34,007 bases of DNA, taken from contig JAWOHG010000249.1 in NCBI GenBank assembly GCA_046485245.1, positions 1-34,007 of the forward strand, given 5' to 3'. Every line of letters starts with the position of its first letter. The first letter of the stretch is position 1. Shown piece after piece: positions 1 to 7,310 of this stretch. The DNA comes from a bacterium (GTDB lineage: Bacteria > Hydrothermota > Tepidihabitantia > Tepidihabitantales > Tepidihabitantaceae). Under the pieces are notes generated by a model. It saw only the letters and a list, made by a program, of their open reading frames with translations, did not search any database and was not told the DNA's origin. The position numbers and the translations under genes were made by a program.

Positions 1-2
1 TG

Positions 3-1766
3 GGCAGCGGGCCGTGCGCGCTGACCTTCAACGCCGCCGACAACAAGGTCTACGCGGCCTGCTACGGCGGCAACCGGCTGGCAATCATCGACGCGACGCG
101 CGACAGCCTGCGCGTCCTGCTGCCGACTGGCGAGGGTCCGGTAGCGCTGTGCTGGAACCCAACCAATGACAAGGTCTACTGCGGCGTAGAGGAGGGGGAA
201 TCCACGCTCGTGGTCGACGGGGCGGGCGACACCGCGGTCGCCGCGCTGGCGGCGGGCTCCGTGACGAGCCTGCTTCACGGGCCGAGTGTCAACCGCGTGT
301 ACTTGGGCGGTTACGGCGGGTTGACCGTCGTCGACGGCGCAACCGACAGCGTGCTGGGGTACAGCGGCTACGACGTGGCCGCGCTGTGCCACGCTGCGGC
401 CGTAGGGATGGTCTGGTCCGGGGCTGGCGAACAAGTGATGGCGCGCGACGACAGCACGGCGCAACCGCTGTACCGCTGCCTCACTGACTTCTACCCGCAG
501 AGGCTTTGCTGGAGCCCGGCGTCGGGGAAGCTGTATTGCTCGCCGACCGAGGCCGACGCGGTCGTGGTCGTGGGCGGCAGCCCGCCGTGGCCGTCGCGCG
601 AGCTGTTCGGGCTGGCGAACCCGGGCGCGCTGTGCTGGGATGAGGATGACGACCGGGTGTACGCCGCGGCGGACGACGGCTTCGGCGGCGTCCCGGCGGT
701 CTTCGGCATCGACTGTGCCACCGACAGCGTCGGGCCGCCGGTTCATCTGGCGCTCCGGGCTGAGGAGCTGGCGTACGGCTCGGTCGGCAACCGGGTTTAT
801 GCCGGGCACGGGTTCGAGAGTCGTCTCTCGGTGGTCGACGCCGGGGCAGATTCGTTGGTCGCGACGCTGGCGCTGCCCGGGTTCTCAATGGCGCTCTGCT
901 ATGTCGAGGGGTACGACCGGCTGTACTGCTTCGGCGGCGAGGTGCTGAGTTCTGTGAACGGCGGCACGCTCGTCGTGGACTCGGTGCACGGCTGTCTCAT
1001 CACCACGGCGGCGCTGGTCTATGCCGGGTTGCCCCAGGACAAGCTTTACATCGTGCCGAACGGCGGCAGTTGGATGCATGTCATCGACGTCGCGCAGAAC
1101 TCATTCCTGCGGGTCGTGCCCGGTGAGCAGATGGCCGGGTTGGCCTGCCTGAACACGCGCAGCCGCCGGCTGTACTGCGCCGGCAGCAGCAACAATCTCG
1201 TGGTCTTTGACTGCGTGACCGACACGTTTGTCGGCCGAGTCGCGCTGCCGCCTGGCGCGTGGCCCAAGGCGCTGGCCTACGATTCGGTCAACAATCGGGT
1301 GTACAGCATCGGCAACAACGCCCGCAACGTCAGCGTGGTCGACTGCGCCCGCGACAGCGTGGTCGCAGTGATAGCAGTCGGCACCGCCGAGGCGCTGGCG
1401 CTGGACCCGGCGAACCTGCGCACGTTCGTGGCCAACCGCTACGAGGCGACGCTGTCGGTCATCCGTGACAGCCTGCGGGTGGGGGTTGCGGAGAGGAGCC
1501 TGACGCCCAATGCTTCGCGCATCACGCCGGCGGCCACGGTCATCCGCGGCATCCTAAGGCTACCGGAACCCGGCGTATTGCCTCAGGCGTCAAGCGTTCT
1601 GCTCGACGCGACGGGACGTCGCGTCGCTGACCTGAAGCCGGGGGAGAACGACGTGAGCCGCCTCGCGCCGGGGGTCTATTTCGTGCTCACCCCTCACCCT
1701 TTCCCTCTCCCGCAAGGGGAGAGGGCACGGCCGTCGGCCGTGACTAAGGTCATCATCACGCGGTAA
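3..1766 (+). CDS. YVTN/YncE-type beta-propeller repeat protein with T9SS-like C-terminal sorting domain (5'-truncated by window)
   Basis: The frame of ORF 210..1766 is open back to base 3 (GSGPCALTFNAADNKVYAAC...). Repeated blades such as ALCWNPTNDKVYC, ALAYDSVNNRVY and VSVVDCARDSVVAVI. C-terminus LLDATGRRVADLKPGENDVSRLAPGVYFV...TKVIITR resembles a type-A CTD. Confidence 0.85.
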   Translation, partial: GSGPCALTFNAADNKVYAACYGGNRLAIIDATRDSLRVLLPTGEGPVALCWNPTNDKVYCGVEEGESTLVVDGAGDTAVAALAAGSVTSLLHGPSVNRVYLGGYGGLTVVDGATDSVLGYSGYDVAALCHAAAVGMVWSGAGEQVMARDDSTAQPLYRCLTDFYPQRLCWSPASGKLYCSPTEADAVVVVGGSPPWPSRELFGLANPGALCWDEDDDRVYAAADDGFGGVPAVFGIDCATDSVGPPVHLALRAEELAYGSVGNRVYAGHGFESRLSVVDAGADSLVATLALPGFSMALCYVEGYDRLYCFGGEVLSSVNGGTLVVDSVHGCLITTAALVYAGLPQDKLYIVPNGGSWMHVIDVAQNSFLRVVPGEQMAGLACLNTRSRRLYCAGSSNNLVVFDCVTDTFVGRVALPPGAWPKALAYDSVNNRVYSIGNNARNVSVVDCARDSVVAVIAVGTAEALALDPANLRTFVANRYEATLSVIRDSLRVGVAERSLTPNASRITPAATVIRGILRLPEPGVLPQASSVLLDATGRRVADLKPGENDVSRLAPGVYFVLTPHPFPLPQGERARPSAVTKVIITR

Positions 1767-1784
1767 GAGATTGGTCCGATAAGT

Positions 1785-1813
1785 GAGCCGCCGGGCAGAC
1801 TGCCCGGCGGCTC
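1785..1813. terminator. Hairpin between convergent genes, probable bidirectional terminator
   Basis: gagccgccgggca-gac-tgcccggcggctc is a perfect 13-bp stem between the stops at 1766 and 1829. No strong U tract. Confidence 0.6.
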
Positions 1814-1828
1814 GGTATTGGGGAAGAG

Positions 1829-2914
1829 CTACTGCGGCAGGATGCGGTTCATCGTCTCGCGGGCGACGGCGAGACGCAGGAGGTCGCCGGATTCCTCGTC
1901 GGCACGGGCGCGGGCCAGCCATTGCTGGATGGGCGGGATGGTGCCGCCGTGGATGCGGACCGAGCGGTTGATGCCGTCGGAGAGCACCCGCGCGGCCTGC
2001 ATCTTGACCAGCAGCGACTCGTACTCGGCTTTCTTGCCCTGTGCGAGGTGCCACGCCGCGTGGTAGACCGCCCAGCGCAGGGCATCGACGTCGGCGGCCA
2101 GTTCGGCGAGCGTGCGCTGGATGGGCCGGCGTTCGGAGACGTTGCGGCCGAGCGAGGTCCAGTCGTGGGCGTACTGGGCCGTGACTTCGAGCAGGCGGTC
2201 GCAGGTGCCGAGCGTGGCCGCGGCGCGCACGATGCGGGCGAGGGCGGACCACTCGCGGCCGAGGCCGATAGCCTTGCCCGGTTCGCCGATGACGCGGTCG
2301 GCTGAGACCGCGCAGTCTTTGAGGTCCAGCAGCAGGCGCTCGCCTTCGGTGCGCACGGTTGCGCCCGGCGTGTCGCGGTCGACGACGAAGCAGGTCGGGC
2401 CCTGCGGGGCGCGGGCGAACACTAGCAGGAAGTCGAACGCAGAGCGGTTCAGTTCTTTGGTGCCGGCGAGCTTCCAGCCGGAGTCGGCCGGCTCGGCCGT
2501 GGCGCGCATCTCGTCGGGCTTGGTAAAGGGGAGCGGCTCGCGGAAGGCGATGGCGTAGCGTTTGTCACCGGCGACCACGGGGGCGAGGTAGCCGTCTTTG
2601 AGCGCGGGCCCGGCTTCGTAGAGTATCGGGGTCGGCTCGCCCCATTCGACCGGGATGATGGTGGTGCCGAGTTCCTCGGCAAGGCAGCAGGTTTCGATTG
2701 GCCCCAGTCCGCCGCCGCCGAACTTCTCGGGCACGCCGGCCGAGTACATCCCCATCTCTTTCAGACCCGCGGTTGCCGCGTCGGCAATCGCATGCCGGGC
2801 GGCCGGGTCCTTGGCGTTGATGAAGGACGGTTCCTTGGGCACGAGGTCGCGGCGCACGAACTCGTGCGCGGTCTGGCGGACCATGTCCGCGTCTTCGCCG
2901 AAGCTGAAGTCCAT
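1829..2914 (-). CDS. Acyl-CoA dehydrogenase family protein with degenerate motifs
   Basis: N-terminus MDFSFGEDADMVRQTAHEFVRRDL, VPEKFGGGGL, AFREP, GWKLAGTK, IGEPGKA, IQRTLAE and RIHGG follow the ACAD fold. The C-terminal IxEGT motif is not recognisable. Confidence 0.85.
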   Translation of the reverse strand: MDFSFGEDADMVRQTAHEFVRRDLVPKEPSFINAKDPAARHAIADAATAGLKEMGMYSAGVPEKFGGGGLGPIETCCLAEELGTTIIPVEWGEPTPILYEAGPALKDGYLAPVVAGDKRYAIAFREPLPFTKPDEMRATAEPADSGWKLAGTKELNRSAFDFLLVFARAPQGPTCFVVDRDTPGATVRTEGERLLLDLKDCAVSADRVIGEPGKAIGLGREWSALARIVRAAATLGTCDRLLEVTAQYAHDWTSLGRNVSERRPIQRTLAELAADVDALRWAVYHAAWHLAQGKKAEYESLLVKMQAARVLSDGINRSVRIHGGTIPPIQQWLARARADEESGDLLRLAVARETMNRILPQ

Positions 2915-2928
2915 TTGCTAGGTTCCTG

Positions 2929-3180
2929 AGATTGTCGATTGTCGATTGTCGATTGTCGATAGCACGGAACTATGACAGTTGGCCAAGCGGGAGCGCAGGG
3001 AGGAGGCGGAGCCGATTGCCAATTGTCGATTGTCGATTGTCGATAGCATCGAATCACCGCAGTTACCTGAGCGGTAGCGCGGCGAGGAGGGGGAGGCGAT
3101 TGTCGATAGACCGGCAGGGCGCGGCCTTCCCGGGTTACTCAGGAGGAATCGAAAATCGGAAGTCGTCATTCGTCATTCCT
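2929..3180. repeat. Heptamer (GATTGTC)n arrays within an imperfect ~84-bp tandem duplication
   Basis: GATTGTC x4 at ~2930-2960 and x3-4 at ~3014-3044, one more at 3098. The blocks starting gattgtcgatagca at 2951 and 3035 share cagtt/agcgg-agcgc/gaggagg. Degenerate (aatcgaa/tcgtcat) heptamers at 3147-3180. Confidence 0.85.
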
Positions 3181-4777
3181 TCCGCGTGTAGTCGGGCAGA
3201 AGCACAGGCGAGCAGCCGGCCGGCTTGACGCCCTTGGAGTCGAGCTCGGCCTGCCAGCGGTCGACGTGCGCAAGCGTGAGGTCGAGCGCGCCGGTGCGTG
3301 ACTTCGCGGTCGTGGCGGCCGAGGCGCCGGCGCGCCGCCCGAACACGATGACGTCGAGCAGGGAGTTGCCCATCAGCCGGTTGCGGCCGTGGACCCCGCC
3401 CGAGGCTTCGCCCGCGACCAAGAGGCCGGTGATGCCGGTTTGGCAGTCGGCCTTGATGTCGACGCCGCCGTTCTGGTAGTGCAGCGTGGGGTAGATGAGG
3501 ATAGGCTCGACCGCGATGTCGATGCCGTGGCGGCCGAACTGGCGCACCATCGCGGGCAATTCGCGTTTGACCGAGCCGGCGCCGCGCCGGGTTTCGATCA
3601 TCGGGGTGTCGAGCCAGACCGCGTCGACCCCGGCCGGGGTCTTGACCCCGCGGCCGGCCTTGCACTCGCGGATGATGGCCGAGGCGACCACGTCGCGGGT
3701 CTCCAGGGGGAAGATGAACTGCTCGCCTGAGGCGTTGACGAGCTGGGCCCCGAGCGAGCGGACCTTCTCGGTGACGAGCTGTCCGAGTATCTGCTGGGGG
3801 AAGGCCGCGCCGGTCGGGTGGTACTGCATCGTGTCGACAAACGCGAGCCTGGCCCCGGCGCGGTAGGCGAGCACGAGGCCGTCGCCGGTCGCACCGTAGT
3901 GGTTCGAGGTCGGGAAGTTCTGGTAGTGGAGCCTTCCTGAGCCGCCGGTCGCGATGACCGTGACGCGGGCGCGGACCACGACCTTGCGGCCGATGTTGAG
4001 GTTGGACAGCACCGCGCCGTTGACCGCGCCGGATGAGTCGGTGAGCAGTTCGACCGCGGGGCAGAACTCCAGCACGGCGATGCCGGGCCGGGACCGCACC
4101 TCGTCGCGCAGGGTGCGCATTATCTCGGCGCCGGTGTAGTCGCGGGAGGTGTGCATCCGCTTGCGCGAGGTGCCGCCGCCGTGGATGGTCTTCATCGAGC
4201 CGTCCGGGTTCTTGTCGAACATCGCGCCGAGTTTCTCGAGCCAGGCGATGGATGCGGGCGCGTCCGTGACCAGCGCCTCGACCAAATCAGGGTTGTTGTG
4301 GAAGTGGCCGCCGCCGACAACGTCGAGGTAGTGGATGGCCGGGGAGTCGGTTGCGCTGTCTGCGGCCTGGATGCCGCCCTGGGCCATCATCGTGTTGGCG
4401 TCGCCGAGGCGGAGCTTGGTCGCGACGAGCACCTTCGCGCCGGTGGAGTCGGCGGTGATGGCCGCGGCGCAGCCGGCCCCGCCGCCGCCGATGACCAGCA
4501 CGTCGACCTCGTGGTCGGGATGCGACAGGTCGGGTCGGTCAGAGGCGAGCAGGGACGAGGCTTCCAGCACGGCGGCCAGTTCGCGGGGCGTGCGGCCGCC
4601 GGCGTTGGCCCCGACGCGCAGTTCGGCAAAGGCGTCGGCGTGGTAGTCGGGGTGGTTCTCCTTGAGAACCTGTTCCTTCTGCTCGGTCGTGGCGCGGGCG
4701 AACTCCTGCGTGTAGCGCGCGGCGCGGGTGGCGATGCAGCGGTTCAGGGAGTCCTGCAATTGCTGGGGATAGCTCAT
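3173..4777 (-). CDS. Soluble fumarate reductase/succinate dehydrogenase-type flavoprotein subunit
   Basis: VLVIGGGGAG, AQGGI, IATGGSG, ATGDG, QYHPTG, TRDVVA, HYQNGG, AGEASGGVHGRNRLMGNSL. The ATG at 4777 follows GGAG, so it is preferred over the TTG at 4783. Confidence 0.88.
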   Translation of the reverse strand: MSYPQQLQDSLNRCIATRAARYTQEFARATTEQKEQVLKENHPDYHADAFAELRVGANAGGRTPRELAAVLEASSLLASDRPDLSHPDHEVDVLVIGGGGAGCAAAITADSTGAKVLVATKLRLGDANTMMAQGGIQAADSATDSPAIHYLDVVGGGHFHNNPDLVEALVTDAPASIAWLEKLGAMFDKNPDGSMKTIHGGGTSRKRMHTSRDYTGAEIMRTLRDEVRSRPGIAVLEFCPAVELLTDSSGAVNGAVLSNLNIGRKVVVRARVTVIATGGSGRLHYQNFPTSNHYGATGDGLVLAYRAGARLAFVDTMQYHPTGAAFPQQILGQLVTEKVRSLGAQLVNASGEQFIFPLETRDVVASAIIRECKAGRGVKTPAGVDAVWLDTPMIETRRGAGSVKRELPAMVRQFGRHGIDIAVEPILIYPTLHYQNGGVDIKADCQTGITGLLVAGEASGGVHGRNRLMGNSLLDVIVFGRRAGASAATTAKSRTGALDLTLAHVDRWQAELDSKGVKPAGCSPVLLPDYTRKE

Positions 4778-4788
4778 TTTCAATCTCC

Positions 4789-4885
4789 GATTTGCGATTT
4801 TCGATTGTCGATCGATGCCAGGGCCGAGGGTGGTTCGTGGACCGCAGTGTCGCAGGCGAATCGGAAATCGTCAATCGTCATTCGT
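4789..4885. repeat. Two degenerate heptamer arrays in roughly opposite orientation
   Basis: gatttgc-gattttc-gattgtc-gatcgat at 4789-4816 and gaatcgg-aaatcgt-caatcgt-cattcgt at 4858-4885. Confidence 0.7.
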
Positions 4886-4894
4886 GGATTCCTC

Positions 4895-5578
4895 TCACTC
4901 CGGTTCGATGTCGCGGGTGGCGTAGCGCTTCCTGAGTTCGTCCTGCGACAGCTTCTTGGACGCGGCGAGGTCGCCTGCGTACTTGCCCGATTCGACTTCG
5001 GCACAGCGGGTCGCGAGGTGGGCCGAGCGGGGCAGCAGCTTGCGGCCGCAGATGCGGCGCGAGAGCAGGGCGGCGTGGTGCTTGACCAGCTCGGCCGGGC
5101 AGCGGGAGACGCACAGGCCGCACATGATGCAGTCGAACGAGATGTCGGCCGCGGCCGCGGTGTCGCCCCGGACGATGGCCGAGACGTAGCCGAGCACGTC
5201 GATGTCCTGCGGGCAGGACTTGGTGCAGGTGTTGCACCCGAAGCAGCGCAGCATCTCGGGGTAGAGCCGGAGCACGTCCTGGCCCGTGCCTTCGAGTTCC
5301 TCGAGCCGGTAGTCGGCGCGATGGGCCGGGAAGAAGGGCAGCATCGCGATGGACATCCCGGGCTCGACCCTGGTCTGGCAGGCGAGCGCGAACTTGAGGT
5401 GGTAGTCGCCGGGCAGGCGATAGACCGTGGCGCAGGCGCCGCAGAACCCGCCGCGGCACCCGACCCCGCGCACCAGCCGGTAACCGGCATATTCCATCGC
5501 CTGCAGGACCGTGAGCGAGTCGGGCACGACGTGGTGCTCACCCATCACGTAGAAGTCAACAAGATTGGTGTCAGGCAT
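4895..5578 (-). CDS. FrdB/SdhB-like iron-sulfur protein ([2Fe-2S] + 2x[4Fe-4S])
   Basis: GCRGGFCGAC...ACQ, CFGCNTCTKSCP and CIMCGLCVSRCP. ATG at 5578 follows GGAGG and overlaps the upstream stop. Confidence 0.88.
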   Translation of the reverse strand: MPDTNLVDFYVMGEHHVVPDSLTVLQAMEYAGYRLVRGVGCRGGFCGACATVYRLPGDYHLKFALACQTRVEPGMSIAMLPFFPAHRADYRLEELEGTGQDVLRLYPEMLRCFGCNTCTKSCPQDIDVLGYVSAIVRGDTAAAADISFDCIMCGLCVSRCPAELVKHHAALLSRRICGRKLLPRSAHLATRCAEVESGKYAGDLAASKKLSQDELRKRYATRDIEPE

Positions 5579-6023
5579 TGTCGCCGACCTCCTCGATGAA
5601 GGCGTCAAGGTAAGTGTCGTCGGTCGGGGCCAGCTTGTCGAGCAGGTGCTCGAGCTGCTCGATGGTGCGGGTCCGGATGATGTAATGTTTGAGGGTTGTG
5701 TCGACCTGGGGGCAGGCCATCACGCAGTTGTAGCAGCGGTCGCAGTCGGTGCCGACCATTGTCTCGAGCGCGAGCGAGGTGCGCTGGGCGGTTTTCAGCA
5801 GCCGGGCCGGCTCACGGGCAAGAAGCGAGCAGATGTCGACGCAGCTGCCGCAGCCGAGGCAGGCGCGGGACCCGGCCAGGGCGTCCCCGGTCTTGAGCAT
5901 GTGGGACGGCCCGAACCCGGAGGAGAGCAGGCGGCAGCGCGCCACCGGCGCCTCCGAGATGTCCAGCACTCGCTCGAGCGACTCGAGCACGGATTCGATG
6001 TCGGTCTGGATGGTGTTGGGCAT
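5571..6023 (-). CDS. Small 4Fe-4S dicluster protein
   Basis: CLGCGSCVDICS and CDRCYNCVMACP. Overlaps the next gene by 8 nt. Confidence 0.8.
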   Translation of the reverse strand: MPNTIQTDIESVLESLERVLDISEAPVARCRLLSSGFGPSHMLKTGDALAGSRACLGCGSCVDICSLLAREPARLLKTAQRTSLALETMVGTDCDRCYNCVMACPQVDTTLKHYIIRTRTIEQLEHLLDKLAPTDDTYLDAFIEEVGDNA

Positions 6024-6035
6024 GGGCTAGACGCA

Positions 6036-6066
6036 GGGGCCGGGGACCAGGGGCCAGGGACCGGGG
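6036..6066. repeat. Degenerate heptamer array (GGGACCA-like)
   Basis: ggggccg-gggacca-ggggcca-gggaccg between etfA and the Fe-S gene. Confidence 0.6.
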
Positions 6067-6076
6067 AAGAATCGCA

Positions 6077-7054
6077 TCACGATTGGGCCTTGAGTTTGCG
6101 GAACGCCTCGGTGAGCAGCGGCACGACGGTGAACAGGTCGCCGACGATGGCGTAGTCGGCTACCTTCATTATGTTGGCCTCGGGGTCTTTGTTGACCGCC
6201 ACGATGCACTTGGATGAGGACATCCCGACAAGGTGCTGGATGGCGCCGGAGATACCGCAGGCGATGTAGAGCTGCGGGGCGACGGTCTTGCCGGTCTGGC
6301 CGACCTGGAACTGGTGGTCGCGCCAGCCCGCGTCCACCGCGGCGCGCGAGGCGCCGACCGCGGCGTTGACCGTAGCGGCCAGGTCTTCGAGGATGGCATA
6401 GTTCTCCGGCCCTTTCATCCCGCGGCCGCCCGAGATGATGATGTCGGCCTCGGTCAGCTCGACGGTCTTGGTCACCGCTTTGACCACTTCGGCGACCTTG
6501 GAGCGCAGTTCGGCCGGGCCGAGTTGGGCCGCCACGACCGTGCCGTCCTTGTCGGTTTCCGATATCGGCGCAACGGCGCGGGGCCGAACCGAGATGACCA
6601 GCGGCCCGGCGGCGGACGCCCTGATTTGCGATAGGACTTTGCCGGCGTACACCGGCCGGGTGAACAGCGGCTGGCCGTCGTCGGCGAATTCGATGGCCGT
6701 GACGTCGGGTACCAGCGTGGTCTCCAACCGGGCGGCCAGGGTCGAGGATAGGTCCTTGCCGAGGGTGGTCGCGCTCATCACGACCGCGCCGGGCTTGTGC
6801 TCGGCGACGAGGCCGGCGAGGGCCGTGCAATAGCCGTCAGGGGTGTACCGTTCGAGGCTCGGGTCGTCGACCACGAACACCCGCGCTGCGCCGAACCGGC
6901 GCAGCCCCTCGGCTAGCCCGGCAATGCCGGACCCGAGGACGGCGGCGGCCAGTTCTTCGCCGCGCCGTTCAGCCAGCTTGAACCCAGCGAGCAGGGCCTC
7001 GAAGGTTACCTTCTTGAGTGTGCCTTCACGTTGTTCGGCAGATACGAGTACCAT
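6077..7054 (-). CDS. etfA: Electron transfer flavoprotein alpha subunit
   Basis: RPVYAGK, LTEADIIISGGRG, GASRAAVDAGW, QVGQTGKTVAPQLYIACGISGAIQHLVGM, AVNKDPEANI, DYAIVGDL. Confidence 0.95.
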   Translation of the reverse strand: MVLVSAEQREGTLKKVTFEALLAGFKLAERRGEELAAAVLGSGIAGLAEGLRRFGAARVFVVDDPSLERYTPDGYCTALAGLVAEHKPGAVVMSATTLGKDLSSTLAARLETTLVPDVTAIEFADDGQPLFTRPVYAGKVLSQIRASAAGPLVISVRPRAVAPISETDKDGTVVAAQLGPAELRSKVAEVVKAVTKTVELTEADIIISGGRGMKGPENYAILEDLAATVNAAVGASRAAVDAGWRDHQFQVGQTGKTVAPQLYIACGISGAIQHLVGMSSSKCIVAVNKDPEANIMKVADYAIVGDLFTVVPLLTEAFRKLKAQS

Positions 7055-7101
7055 ATTCGGGTTTTCACTCCTTGGGCACGGTTCTTGCGTTCGGTCCGGG
7101 C

Positions 7102-7130
7102 ATTCTATTCGGCCTGCTCGGCCAAGTCAA
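7102..7130 (-). promoter_or_regulatory. Sigma70-type promoter for the etfA cluster
   Basis: Minus strand TTGACT-N17-TAGAAT, followed by an AAGGAG RBS before ATG 7054. Confidence 0.7.
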
Positions 7131-7188
7131 TAAGCGGGCGATACATCGGTGAGGGTGGAGGCACAATGCGGATTGTCGCACCGGCAGT

Positions 7189-7217
7189 TTGACCAAAAGG
7201 GTGTTTTGGAGTATAAT
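7189..7217 (+). promoter_or_regulatory. Sigma70-type promoter for the large surface protein
   Basis: TTGACC-N17-TATAAT. Confidence 0.75.
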
Positions 7218-7310
7218 TATCGCGGGTGGATTGATGAGCTAGGACTGACCAACGTCCAGCCCGGTGTTACTGGTGAACCGGGCGGGGCGCAGGGACAAAA
7301 AGGAGCGCAC

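Noticed and set aside
2929-3112. CRISPR array
   Set aside because: The repeats are tandem heptamers of variable length, the spacers resemble each other, and no cas genes are present.
3173-4777. Gene symbol sdhA, frdA or nadB
   Set aside because: No covalent-FAD His, no membrane anchor and no nadA/nadC. The subfamily cannot be fixed by eye.
7149-7310. N-terminal extension of the 1075-aa ORF
   Set aside because: It contains the promoter. RBS and signal peptide begin at 7311.
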